DNA of 64,000 nucleotides from Lama guanicoe (Eukaryota): assembly GCA_013239625.1 (NCBI GenBank), contig MU054026.1, positions 682,001 to 746,000 of the forward strand, read 5' to 3'. The position numbers and the translations under genes were made by a program. The notes under the pieces are model-generated. The model saw only the letters and a list, made by a program, of their open reading frames with translations. It was not told the origin of the DNA and searched no databases. Of the stretch, positions 24,675 to 37,861 are shown piece by piece (within the stretch, counting starts at the first letter, position 1; the number at the start of each line of letters is the position of its first letter).

Positions 24675-26289
24675 AAATGTCCTTTGGATGATTCACATCC
24701 CCATTTGTCTCTGCCAAGAATTGGTCTTTTCATCCTGATAATGAAAATTTATGTTTTGAGTCAGCCCTCTGTACAGGGCAGTGTGTTTTAATGTCATCCT
24801 CAGAGGTCCAAGATTGTACACATCTTGGCTCTGAGCTGTTTTGGGAGGAGTCAAAGCTCTGTTTTCATTAACTCCCTTTAACCAGGGAAGCTATACTTTT
24901 GTTGGTCTTATAGATAGACATTCCTTTGGGCTTTAAAAACAAACTATGCAGCTTAAAATATTTTAAATGTTCTGATCTACAGCATCTTTCAACCTTTATA
25001 CCTCATCCTATCCCTCAAACAAATTTTCATCCAAAGCCACCCACAAAGAAGCAGTAGTTCAATTTTTAGTTTAGTTCAAATTTAATTTGCCATGCCAAGC
25101 TATCGTGAAAAGTAGAAACAGTAAAATCAAAAAGTGAATGGGATGAAGAACTTTTCTGAATTCCAGCTTCACTGCAGGTTGGCCTTGGGGCTCTGGAAAT
25201 GGTGTCTTCAGGGCTGAGAGGGGGAAAGCTCATTCACCCAGACCCCCATTTTGATTTGGGGGGGATATTGCATCTCACACCCAGTGGCTTTCTCCCAGAT
25301 GGGGCCACAACTGAATGCAGCCCTCGTCACCTTCACGGTGGAGAGGACTCTCTTTTTGCATCCATTTTTATGATTTCTGCTCCCCTTGCAGGAGAGTCTT
25401 TCACCTTAATAAATTGGAACAGGTGTGCAATTTCCCATTCTCTGTCTGAGGCTTGGCTCAGAATGGAATTTATTCCTGTCCGTGGGGCCGAGCCACCCCA
25501 CAGTGTCAGTAGGAAAGGTCACCCGCTGATACGGCGCCACACGGCTAGTTCTTCAGGCCAGTGTGTTCAAGCCCCTCTTCAGGGACAGAGGCATTGAAGT
25601 TAAAAGTTATAAATGTGAAGGGACGGCAGTGAGCATGTTGGATTTTCAAAAGAGCTCTGGCTGGGTATGAAAATCCTGCCTAGGGTGACAGAATTTATTT
25701 TCTGAGCAAAGGGAGTCTTTTTAAGGACAAACAGCAAAGGAAATTGGACTCAAAACTACTCTGCCTCTATAATCCAATCCCATCTTATGTGTCCAACATT
25801 ATTTTTCTTAATGTGTACCCTCTGGTCTCTGCCCTGAGAGTCTGTCCACATTTCATTCCTATTTGAAGGGCCTCCTCGCCTCCAAATTTTTTACCAGTAA
25901 GTGACAGACGGTGGATATTTGTGCCTTGATTTTATTATTGGTGTTGATTTCATTTTGTTTTTTGCTTTCAAAGGCAAAACTACTGATTTGTTCTGCTTTT
26001 ACAGCCTACCTTCTACAGATCTTTATTATTAATATTATTGTTTATGCTTTAATGTGAATATTTATGAAGTCATATGGCTTACAAGAGATAGAACTACACA
26101 GTTCAAGAAATTCATATCATAGGATCCAGTAAGCCCCCAAGTTGCAAATACAGCAGATAATTTTCTGTTGATTGTTTGTTCCAGAGACCCGGCAGTTCAC
26201 ATAACTTTCTTGTCAGAGGTGGAAAACACAGCTGATATTATCTTTTCCAACTGTGTGGGGTGATTAGTGAGTAAACTCTTCCATATTTG

Positions 26290-26495
26290 AAAAATATTTA
26301 TTAATATATTTATTAATTTATTAATTAATATATTAACTAATTAATATATTGATTTAACTAATTGTTAATATATTAATTTAATTGATATAATAATTTATGT
26401 TGATATTAACTTATTTTTGGTCTATTTATTTATTAATACATTAGTTATTAATTAATCTATCGATTATTTATTTATTTATTCATTCATTCATATAC
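26290..26495. repeat. AT-rich low-complexity tract (degenerate TTAA/TTTA/TTCA units)
   Basis: About 200 bp almost entirely A/T. Confidence 0.85.
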
Positions 26496-26499
26496 TTAT

Positions 26500-27200
26500 T
26501 AATGAGGTGCAGATTTTATTCTTTTCTATGGCTGTGTAATCTTCCACTGTGTATGTATTCCACAACTGCCTTATTTATTCATTTTTCAACAGACACAGGT
26601 TGTTTCCATATCTGGGCTACTGTAAGTAATGCTGCAATGGACATGGGAGGGTATATATCTTTTCAAGTTAGTGTTTTTGTTTTCTTCAGATAAATACTCA
26701 GAAGGTGAATTTCTGGATCATATGGTTGCTCTGGTTTCAATGATTTGAGGAACTTCCATAGTGCTTTCCACAGTGACTGCACCAAATATACATCCATGAG
26801 CGGTGCACAAGTGTTCTGTTTCCTCCACATCCTTGCCAACACCTGTCTCTTATCTTTTTGATAATACCCAGTCTAGCAGGTATGAGGTGATAGCTCATTG
26901 TGGTTTGATTGGCATTTCCTCGATGATTAATGACGTAAAGCATCTTCTAGCTGTTGGCCATCTGTATGTCTTCTTTGGAAAAAATGTCTGTTCAGATCCT
27001 CTGCCCATTTTTTAATCAGACTGTTTGGTTTTTGCTATTGAGTTGTATGAGTTCTGTGTATATTTTGGATATTAGCTCCTAATCAGATTTATGAAAATTC
27101 TCCCATTCAGTAAGGTGCCTTTTTATTTTGTTGGAGGTTTCCTTTGCAGTATGGAAGCTTTTTAGTTTGATGTAGTCCTAACTTGTTAATTTTTATTTTT
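26500..27200 (-). mobile_element. L1 ORF2 3' region fragment
   Basis: 'gaggaacttccatagtgctttccacagtgactgcacca...ttgtggtttgattggcatttcctcgatgattaatga...ttgttggaggtttcctttgcagtatggaagctttttagtttgatgtagtcc'. Confidence 0.9.
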
Positions 27201-28586
27201 GCAGATTTGAGCTGATTTTCTAATAATAGAGATGGTTAAAGGTCTATTAAGGAAGACTCGGTCTCTCACCCAGTTCTTTTTACAATCAATACCTTAACTT
27301 AAATGAATGGTTGGAATTTGCCCAAAAAAGGGGCAAGAGTAGAGAGGAGTATAGTGATGAATCTGAACCAAACTTGGTCAGAGTTCCAACAGTAAACATT
27401 CAGGTAAAGTCTTTACAGATAAACGGTGAGTACCGGGGACTTGGAGGAGCATGCAGCATAGACTCAGCCTGAATGATTTTTTGTGTTGCCAGCAGGACTC
27501 ATGCCATGGAAGAAAGCATCAGAGCAAGGATGTGGTCTAGTTCCAAAGAAGTGAGAATACATTTACAGGCTCACAGTACACACATATGCCCAGGGTGATG
27601 AGACAGAAACGCCATTGCTAGGACGGAAGTAGAAAAGGCTGCTCCTCATACTTGGAGTTCCCACACACTCTCTGTTTCTTCATATGCCAGCATTGTGCTC
27701 CCCTAGAGAATACACCCTATTGAGACATACTGAATTCCACAGAAAGACAAAGATTACTATTTGAGTTTGATTAAACTGGTATTTCCAAGACTCATCTTTA
27801 GCCATGGACCCTGGCAAGGATGGGCATCCATGGATGCATGGATATGTATGTGATACACCTATTAACAGCTCATAAATTTAGCATGCAACTGAGTATATTT
27901 TGGAAATGTCCATCTAGAAATTCTGTGTCTTACCTGCCATGTGGCCTCTTAAGGTCTGCAAGGCTTCAGCTAAAGAGACTGAAGTGCTCAAGGGCAGGGG
28001 ACTAAGGAATCTGTTACATGACTTGAGTAAAAGTTCACATGCAAGAATAAGCATAAAGTCTTGGCATACACTGAGAGAATTAAAGGGCGATGGAGAGAAG
28101 GCAATGTTCCTCTATGGATAGACTGAGTGGGTAAAGTTAGCAATTGTAGTTGGATGTTGTAGGAAAGAGAAAACATTATTTTGAGCATGGAATGATGAGT
28201 ATTAAATTTTAACAAAGGGTGATCCACTTGAATTACCACGTAGGATGGACTGGAGGAATACGAGGTGGGAGATGGGGCACCCAAATGATACACTATTGAG
28301 CTAATGAAGCATGGAATGATATTGGTCTGAACCTGGGTGATCATACTGTGAGTGGAACTTAAGAAGTGGGACTTAAGAAGGAACGAATATAAGACCAGAT
28401 ATCTTATCTATCATGACAGTCTAAAGAAAAAGAGAAATTAAAGATTATTTTGAAATGGGAGAAAGAAAATTCTCATCTGTCCCTGTGTTATTCTTTCCCA
28501 GAAGGACAGTTTTAATTTTATATTCTTGGTCTTTGCCAGATACAGCATTCTCTGGTTTCTCTGACTGTCCATGGAACTGTGTGGGG

Positions 28587-28616
28587 ACACATACACACAC
28601 GCACACACACACACAC
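28587..28616. repeat. (CA)n microsatellite, interrupted
   Basis: acacatacacacacgcacacacacacacac. Confidence 0.9.
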
Positions 28617-30214
28617 CCCCTTGTTTCCTGTGTGTCTCCCTGTCTCCTCAGTGTTCCCTTCAGAGGGTACATAATACTTGTTCCATGAATATATTACATT
28701 ATAATGACTTGGACTGAATTTCTTAGAATTCATAATGTTCCTCAGGGCAAGGCATGTTCTGGTCAATGTGCAATTAGCATAAGTGACCGTGGCAGACCCT
28801 AGCACGAGAAGAAGTCAACGAAGAATGTGTGCTAATTGACCGGAATTTTTTGCCATTGAGCTGTAGTTTGTGTCTTGAAAACAAGGCTCAAAACAAGTGT
28901 CCTACCTCATAGTCCAGGTAAAGATTCTGTGTTAAGGTCCCCTTTTCCTTATGCCCTCTCCTACCCAAACACAATAATTCTTGAACAGTACATTTTCGTA
29001 CATAAGGGCATAGACTGTCTTCAATTGTCTGGGCATTCATGAGAATGTTGGCCAGGATGCGGGTCGGGGGCAGAGCTAATTCTTTGGTGATTGTTCTGCA
29101 AATGAACCTTGGCTAAGTTACAGCAGAATTAATGTAAAATTAAATATTACAGTAAGGCTATTATCAAAAGAGGTCACGGTGATGAATGGCCTGTTTAAAT
29201 GAGACCCCCAGAAGGAGTTAGTGCTGGAACCTATTAATCCCAGTCAATTTGCAAGACTCCATTTTTATGCAGATTAAACTATATTTCAGGTTGATAAATC
29301 AGCATGACATAGCCTGTGACAAGAGCCAAATTTCGTTTCCATTCTTTATTTTATTTCCGTGTAGTTAGGGCTGCAGCTGAGTGGATGCTGCTGGGAGGGG
29401 GCATCCAGCAACGGGCAGCAATGGTTAAGCCTAGAGGGGCAGGGGATGCTTTGGGCCACACTGCTGGCTTCACTGCCTTGTCTTTAAGGATGACAGCCAG
29501 TGCATTTTGACCTGCCAATGAGCGCAGGATTATCTCCATGTTGATTATGTTGGTACCTTGTGCTGGCTTGGCTCCTGCTGCTTTCACTTAGGAAACCAGT
29601 TGTATTTCCAAGATTTTATTATTTTTTTTCTCTTTGTAAAAGTCCTGGTGTCTCTAATGTATTTTTCCCTCCCCAAATTAAGAAGAGCCCAATTCAGTTC
29701 TATCTGTGGAAATATCTAGGGATTTTTGTCCTTTACGTAGAGCTTCGAATGAAACAGCTGTGAACCTAACGCACATAAATTCTGTTATTTGCCCAGTTGA
29801 AAGTGGTTGGCTCAGAACATGCGACGGAATGGAATGATGGATAACGCAGCGGGGAGGAAGGGCAGTGAGGGTAGCCCTACACTAGCCAGCTCTCTGACCT
29901 TGGACAAATCACTGGAATTAAAACATATAGCACAGCACATGGTGCGTGATAGGCTCTCAATGAATATTTAGTATTCAGTGCAGAGAACTTAACTTCTCTG
30001 AATCCACACTTCCTTCCGAATTAGGCAGCATATCTTGCATGGATGGACTGGAAAATTGTGCCAACTACAACTGACCCACTTGCCTTAGAGGACAGGTCTG
30101 GTTGCTCTCAGCGGTGTCAACAAATGTTCCGGATGAACTACCTCCTGGCTTACTTCAATATTATTTAGTGTCTTAAAGTTTTAAAAACTGCTTTTATCTC
30201 TCTGATAGCTGGGT

Positions 30215-30371
30215 ATTCCTTGCAGACTAGGAAGAGTAGGCACCCAGATTTGCCTGATGAGGAAGTGTGAGGGCAGAGATTACTGGATTCCCCAGAGTGA
30301 CACAGTTGATCCTCATACCTGCAGGGCTGAACTTAGATCTCTCATGCCTAGAACCACATTCTGTCCTGCAC
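30215..30371 (-). mobile_element. MIR fragment
   Basis: 'cccagatttgcctgatgaggaagtgtgagggcagaga...cccagagtgacacag...cagggctgaacttagatct'. Confidence 0.6.
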
Positions 30372-31002
30372 CACTACCAACACAAGCAGTTCCCTCGGTT
30401 CCTGCCTTGTCATAGAAAGAATTCAGAGATGAGACATGGAGATTAAGAAAGTAAGTAAGGATTTATTAAGGGGAGAGCAGGCAGGCTCAGGTGAGCAGCT
30501 GCCCTGAATTTCTTTGGCAAGTTAGTTACATAGGGTATAAAAATGAATGGGCAGAATATTCACTGGGGAGGAAAGGGTTTGGGGTCGTATTCTCTGATTT
30601 TCATTCCAACTCCACCTTCTCAAGGGGAAAGGGGATTTTTGTCCTTATTTAGTCTGGATCGGAAGTGTCATGGCATTGGTGCATCATGTGTACTTCTGAT
30701 CTGCAAGGCTAATTTTATTGTAATGAGGGCATAATGAGAAAAAGGTTACATTCAGACGCTAGAGATTCCTGCTTTTTCCTACCTTTCTTTGTCTGCCTCC
30801 AGGTCACTTGTCACCCCAAAATGTGTGATCGCTTATCAGCCCAGAGGTTCCTGCTTTTCCTTGTCTGCCCAGGGATCCCTGGTGCTCACGTGATGTATAG
30901 TTTCCTGCATTTGACCCCTGCCCCTCCTTTCTGCCCAATTCCTGCCATTTGTCCTGTGTCCCCCTCTCTCTGCTCATATCCAGCTATCTGCCTGCTCTGA
31001 CA
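30372..31002 (-). mobile_element. ERV1-like solo LTR (~630 bp)
   Basis: 'aaagaattcagagatgagac...aaagtaagtaaggatttattaaggg' is a typical reverse-complement U5/polyA region; ends 'ctatctgcctgctctgaca'. Left boundary approximate. Confidence 0.75.
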
Positions 31003-32685
31003 CTTGCACAGCAATTTAGAGAGTGATACTATTTCATGAAAAACAAAGTGGCCAAAGAGAATTACCCTTCAGGTGCAAGGCCATGGACACCTGGAGGGGG
31101 ACTGAAATCCGGATTTTCCATAGTGCCCCTCACTCAGCGTTGCTCGGATTCACAACTTGTCGTTCACTGTACCGCTGACTGACCCATTGAGCAGCGCATG
31201 TGTTGGGGAGGGAAGGAAATTGGCTTGGCCCCCGGAAGCATCTCGCCGTGGTGTGGCATGACCCAGTTATGTCATGAGTAGCAAGTCTCACAGAGGGAAG
31301 TAGCCGGAGCCTGGCCAGGACAGGGGAGCAACCACATGGTCGGCGAGTACTGGACGCTCCCACTGCAGCAGGAAGCAGCCTCCGAGCCGTGTGCCATCTT
31401 GGGAGCCCGCATTATTGCCAAAGCTAAGGGCAGAGCCTGCTCGTGTGCATAGGGAGTGACTCTCCAAGGACTACTGTAGCTCTCATCACTAAATATCTAT
31501 GACATCCCTCTGATGTGGGTAGCTGAATTCCTTTATTGGCCAACAAAGACTTGATTCTGTAGCTGCAAGTTAGTCTTAAAGTGCGAGTCCCCTGGCATGG
31601 AGAGCACGTGTGGTTTCTATTCATTTATAGCAGGCAGTTTACATGGCCGATTCTTCTTGCTTCAGAAGGAAAGTGGATACTGGGCGTCCCTGCGTGCAGA
31701 CACACACGTGCGTTCCCCTCCTCCCACCCCGCACAGACACATTCTTCTACAGATCCTCTTGAGTTTTCCTGTGTTGTTGCCTCTGCCTAGAATCTTACCG
31801 TGGATCATTTCTAGTCACTTCTCAAGACAGGGCTCAAAGCTTACCCACCTTCAGCCTTCCCTGATTCCCTGCCTGGGCTGGGTTAATCCTCCTTGTCTGG
31901 GTTCCCAGAGCACCCCACGCATGCTTCTCCTGTGGCTTACTTGATGCTCTATTTTTATATACTGTTCTTCTCAGGCACGCTCATAAGATATACCATTATG
32001 GGAGCATAACTTCACTTTTCAGGTTTTAAACATTTGTTTTTGATTGATTCAGTTTACAATTATTAAATGTTATTAGCAGAACCACATTTTTAAGGTTAAT
32101 GATAAAGGAACATAAGACATCTTTATATTAATTAATTGATAATAATTTTTTTCTACCTTTATTTCAAAATGAGGTTTTTGTAACATCAATCCGGGTACTG
32201 ATGAGGTTTAAGTTCCAAGTGGTATCAAGCTACTCAGTCATTTGCATCATGCAAGGAAAATGTCTCAAACAAAAGGAGCTCATGAAGACTTGTCAGTGGG
32301 ATAGAAGGACCCTCTAACCTGAGAGCAAAGCTTTCCTTTTCCCCCTGAATCAGAGGTTGCCTGGATCCCTTCAGAGATGCATTCAGACTTCTAGATGGCA
32401 CACAGGTGCCAGATTTAAATGAGAAACATTCATAGTATAGCTATTGCAGTCATCTATGCAAGAAAGAGATAGCTATTGAGATGCCTATAGGTGAGGTAGA
32501 CATTCCATTTTAAGGACAAGGAAAAAGAATGGTTGCCAGAAGGGAGGGGAGATAAACTCTTCTTCCCAAAGAAGCCATTATCCTGTCCCTTGGCAGTTGT
32601 ACCAGTGATACCCACTGTCTTAGTGGTAATCTTCTCCCTAAACCAGCTGGATCTACGTCCTGCAGTGCAGAGATTTGGCTGGTCT

Positions 32686-33205
32686 TGTTACTGAGTCCAA
32701 ACTCATTCTGCTCACCACATGACAGGCCAAAAAATCAGGAGATGAGGTGTTGGGACAAGGAACAGTGACTTTATTTGGAAAGATGGCAGACCAAGAAGAT
32801 GACAGACTAATGTCTTAGAGAACCATCTTCCTCAAGTCAGACTTCAGGCTCCTTTTATACTAAAAAGGGGGAGGGGTATGGTTGGTTCTTGCAAACTTCT
32901 TGGTCTAGGAATTCTTTCTTTTTGCAGCTGTCCACGTGGGTCAGGTCATGGTGCCCCTGTAAACCTCCAACAAAACAAAGGTTATATTCTATTTTGCAAC
33001 TTGTTATCTTTATATAAGCCCCGAAGTGTTAATATCCTTGAAGGTCAGAGCCTTGAGAATAGGCTCTCCTGTCTATTTCAGGCTAAAAGCAACATTGTTT
33101 TACAAAATGTGCAGAACCAGCAAGACTAAGCCTAGAAAACAGGAGCAGGGTTAAAGACAAAGGAACAGATCTAATATGGAGTCAGATTTGTTCTTTTCTG
33201 TTACA
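32686..33205 (-). mobile_element. ERV1 (MER41-like) solo LTR, 520 bp, perfect 4-bp TSD
   Basis: tgttactgag...ctgttaca with GTCT at 32682-32685 and 33206-33209; minus-strand AATAAA and TATAAAA. Confidence 0.9.
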
Positions 33206-33481
33206 GTCTTATATCTGTGTACCAGCTCCATCCCTAATTGTGATTCTTGAATTTCCTAGGAGTCCGAGGTCTAAACCTGACCACACCACCAATGCAAAAG
33301 TTAACTAGTCATAATTGCTCCTCCTAGTCCTGTGACATGACTCCAAACCCAGCTGTTCCACCAAACAGCTCATCATACTGCCACCTCACCCTTCTCTGGG
33401 TAGTTAGGCACCGTTATCCATACTTCAAGCACTGAGGTTCTACAATGAATGTGTGATGTAACCCCCTTGGCTTAAATGTAT

Positions 33482-33884
33482 TGTCAATGAAAAAAAGTTG
33501 ATGGTCAATTTAGGAAAGAAATGGAAAATTTTATTCAAGCCAACCTATAATCCGGGAGACAGTATTTCAGAAAGCTCTGAGGACTGTTCCACCCATTTGA
33601 GGTCAAAGCCCAGTTATATAAGTTTTTGGAACAAAGAGATATACGTCAATGATGTATTATTGACAGTTTACACCATCCAGATTTACACTCACAGAGTCAG
33701 TAGTGGGGCATGAGCCATTGTGGTCCTTTACAAGATTCGGAAGGAATGTTATTTCCTAAGGAGGTCTGATTAAAGCAGATGAACAACACACAATAAAGGG
33801 GAGGGAGGAGGCCCAGATGGGCAAAGACAAAATTTTAAAAAAATTTTTCTTATCTTGCCATTGAATGTGAATTTTATTTTATCA
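33482..33884 (-). mobile_element. ERV1-like solo LTR, 403 bp
   Basis: tgtcaatg...tttatca; flanks gtat/gtag (3 of 4 TSD match); minus-strand AATAAA near 33530 and TATATAA near 33615. Confidence 0.75.
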
Positions 33885-34172
33885 GTAGAAAACAAACAAA
33901 AAATCCCATTCTTGGCACTCATGTCACTTGACTGTACATGTGCGTAGGTCTTAGTCACCTAAATCCTACCTGGCTCTGAGTTTTTGTTCTCTTGCCTCCT
34001 TAACTTTGTGATCCATGCCTTGGTCTACCTTTGTGAACATCATGCCTAATTTATCAACATGCACAGTTTTTTCCCTGGAAACCAATCTGGGTTAATAACC
34101 AGTGAAGGAGAGAATGACGACTGGTGAGGAGGATGGGTCTCAGAGCATGGAAATTAACTTAGAATTGATTGT

Positions 34173-34351
34173 GGATATTTCCTTGATTCTGAAAAGCATA
34201 CTTGGTTCCTATGCTTTTTTATATTTTTGAAATCAGTGTATCCTATAATTAATAATTATATCTGATGTATGAAATATCTTTTGTTTTCTGAAAACGTTTA
34301 CTGAATCAGTACGTCACATCAGTGCTGGGGTCTAAGAATGAAGGAGTATGG
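34173..34351. mobile_element. MER104-like TcMar-Tc2 element
   Basis: Ends 'gatatttccttgattctgaaaagca' and 'gtctaagaatgaaggagtatgg'+TA resemble MER104 terminal inverted repeats; length ~180 bp. Confidence 0.5.
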
Positions 34352-34709
34352 TATCTGTGTAAATATTCTGGTTATATGGATTCCCTGGCCCTAAGGACAT
34401 CAGGGTATGTTGTGCAGCTGGGAAAACTGAAATGAGCAGAAACTGAGAAAACCATGAGTCAGTCAGGGAGCCTGGGACCGGGTTTTCGTTCTGACCTCCA
34501 ATTCTTTTGTTAACTATTTGCACTGAGGATCTGGGCCTCCCTCCTGGTGGAGCATCTTCCATTCCCCAGGCTGCTTCTTTGTGTTTGAAGTTGCGGTTAG
34601 TAGAAACTGTGTCTGAATTCAACACCCTGCTTTCTTATAATGAGGTGAGCCTTTCCAAGCACAGGTAAGTGACTAACAATTATTGTATTTTTTGCATTTT
34701 TTGCACACT

Positions 34710-34870
34710 TCTTATTTGCTAGACCACGCACTTCATATACATTTTATAAATGAATTCTCACAAAAGTCTATGAAGACTTCATTATGACTTCTCAGTTTTA
34801 CAGACAAGGTAACAGGTCTTGAGATCTAGTGAGGCTCAGTAAATTTCCTCTCTTTGCAGAAGGAATTTGT
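34710..34870 (-). mobile_element. MIR fragment
   Basis: 'aattctcacaaaagtctatgaag...cagttttacagacaaggtaacagg'. Confidence 0.6.
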
Positions 34871-36315
34871 GAGGAATTTAAATGTCTGTGAAGTCCATCT
34901 TTTAAATGGTCATTATCCTGACTTTCAATAGATTTTATATCATCTGAATTGGATATTGTTAAGATGGATATATTCTTGGTCACTCTCAGATATGCATGCT
35001 ATGTATTATTTATCAGCGATTTCATTGAGGCAACTTGAGATCTGGAGACAGGAGGAGAGGGAAGAACAGGAGGAGAGGGGACAATGACAATGTCCAGGAG
35101 AGGGGGATGGGAAGGAAATGTTGGAGAAAAGGGAAGGGTTCATGCCAGAGAGCCTGTGACCTTCAGTCCTGGGTCTCCGTGTGCACAGAGAGGAGAGGGA
35201 AGCCCCACAGTGCCTCACACTGAGGAACGGGGAGGGATTCTGGGAGATCATAATATTTTCCCTGTCTTCAGACAGCTCCAGATTTAAGCTATTGTGAAAG
35301 CACTTAAGTGGAATTTGAAATGAAAATGTAGCTTCTTAGTCTTTAATAGAAGGCAAACAAAATGCAGGAGTCTGTGGGTTGATTCTGAGCAAAGTATGTT
35401 TTTAAAAAATGCATCACACCAGGGGATGAACACATATTTGAAATGGCTTAGAATGCACACAGAGGCTCTGTACTTTGACCTTGACTAATGTCAGAGAATG
35501 CAAATCTCCACTGCAAGAAACCTGCACCCAAATCCATAAATAAAGTGAAAGGAAAATGAGAAATAAATGATATACACTTTGGTATTTTTGTAACAGGTCC
35601 CTGAAATTGATGAGAGAGAGGAAAAAAGAACATTTGAATTCATCCTGGAATGCTGAGATCCGTGGTGTATGTATAAAATGCAAAAGCTGTCCTTCCTAAC
35701 ACTTCTTTATGGGGAGTTCCTCCATCATGTTTCATGAAAGAAAATGTGTTTGGGGAAAGAGAAAAAGAAGAAGAGGCACCACTCAAGGATCTTAGTTCTG
35801 CAACACTTTAATTCCTTCCTACAGTGACAGAGACCGTAGCCGATGCTTTTGAAGTTAAATTTAATCTAAGAAAAGATTTGTAAGCTTTTAAGAAGACCTC
35901 TGGATGGAAAAGCTGTTTCAGAATTTTTCTTTTCTTTTATTCTTCTGAACTTCACTGCACAAAGCATTTAGATACAAGGGCATTATTAACTGGAGGAAAA
36001 AAAAGATGACTTCTTTTTTGTTCGTTCTTAATAAATTATGTGCTTTCAGCTAAAATAAATGGCTCTCTGTGCTCATAACTATTTCACACTTCATGTTAAC
36101 TCTTTTTGTTGTTTCTCAGTTCTGTGTGGGTCCAGTTCTTTGTGAAAGTTAATGTCTATTTTTCTATAAGGTAATCTACAGTTCCGGATGATGAAAATTA
36201 TCCCCTTAAACCAGAGATGAGAAAGTGGATGGAGATGAGGTGCCTTCCCTCTGGTGCTCTGAATGTAATTAAAGTTGACACTGGTTGGATTGCAATTTTG
36301 GGGGGAGATTTTGTC

Positions 36316-36514
36316 CAGCAGTATGTCTGTAAATGTTTAACAACTATTTTTCCAGGAAAACCAAAACCAAACAAGTTTTAAAAAAAAGTCCCTGATTATT
36401 GTGTTTCTCGATTCCAACACTGATTTCAACCTACCACTGCTTTAACAATTGGCTCAAAATTTCCCAAAATCTTACCAGTTGGCAGCTGTATGAGTTGGCT
36501 TTGACACATTGTTG
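36316..36514. mobile_element. MER63-like hAT-Blackjack element
   Basis: 'cagcagtatgtctgtaaatgtttaacaac...ccctgatt...gatttcaacctacca...tgagttggctttgacacattgttg'. Confidence 0.7.
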
Positions 36515-37506
36515 ACTTTACTGCTTTTAATTAGCCTTTCCTCTCTAAAGCTTGCCAATCAGAATTGGGATTGTCACTCTAATAATCTGCAGCCATCACC
36601 ACACCACAAAAACACATTAAGACATCAGGGCTAAATATTGAGCCTTGTAAAATCACGAAGGAATATATCCCAGGCTTATTGCTTATGTCTGTTTGAGGTC
36701 CACAGAGAAGAATGTATCAAAAATAGAAGTTAATTCTCACTCCTGGATGACTGTGAATACTATTCAATTTATTCCTTTCCTTTTCCTGAGTTTGTCAGAA
36801 AAAAAGAAAAAAGATACATCCAATCAACTTTCATTTAAACAAAAGTGATTTATTACTTTGAATGAAAAATCTATGTACTATGGTAGGAATATTGAATGTG
36901 TCTATCATTGTACAGTTTCAGCTTCTTAAATGTCTGCTTTCTGCCTGAAATGCTTTATCATACTTTCCATCTGTCATGATGCCTCTCCCTCCTGGTCAGC
37001 AGCTAAGGAAGAACACAAGGTTTATATTCAGCTGGTGAGGCAATCTGTAGATTTGGGCTATGACCTTTCAGACCTCAGTCAGTCTTTATGACTTGGTTTG
37101 TTTAAGGATAAAGCTGATACTCTCAATGGCCACTTACTCAGTCATCAACCAGGGCAAATAATATTGATGCTTTTCTAATTGCTAGGCACTGTGGAGGGAG
37201 TGATAAAGTCTGCTTGTGGCAGGACTCCAGGCAGCTTGAGGAGGTGGACAGTTTGGGGATGGTGGCTGCTTGCTCAGTGTCAGTCTCATAATCAGACAAA
37301 GAGACATTTAGGAAGAAATTAGATGGTTAAGATTGCATATGTCAGCCAAGGGTAATGTAGTCGAGGCAAAAACTGCATCTCTGGTCCTGATTATTAACTG
37401 ACACACCTTCCCATTGTCTCTTAGCCTTAGGACCAGGGTTATTTCCCCAGTAACAGAGCCAAAATACAAGGGTATATAGAAGCAGAGCGTGTATATGTCA
37501 TCCCGA

Positions 37507-37592
37507 TAGGGTGACAGACTTGTCTCGCTTTGTTCAGGGCTTTAGAACTGAAGATACCATGTTCTAGGAACCTCCTTAATCCTGTACAAATG
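37507..37592. mobile_element. MER81-like hAT-Blackjack fragment
   Basis: 'tagggtgacagacttgtctcgctttgttcagggctttagaactgaag...ggaacctccttaatcc'. Confidence 0.6.
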
Positions 37593-37861
37593 TTTAACCA
37601 GATACTGTCCATCTGGTTATGCTGTCAATATTTTAATCTCTTCTACACAGAAGTCACAAGGGGCTGGTTCCCTGAAATCAAAGTGTAATAGGCCAACACG
37701 CTGGTTTGGGCATTTTAACAGACACATCAACAATGATGTAAAATGTCATGAAATGACAGGTTTTGGACTTTTGAAAGTATTGAATTTGTTGTTCAGTAAA
37801 ATACAGACTTGCCTTTTCATTCATCATTATATTCATTTTTGTCTCAGTTTGGTGATTTTTA

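Noticed and set aside
25199..25597. 132-aa ATG ORF
   Set aside because: No homology I can recognise; sits in a slightly GC-richer stretch where stops are rarer.
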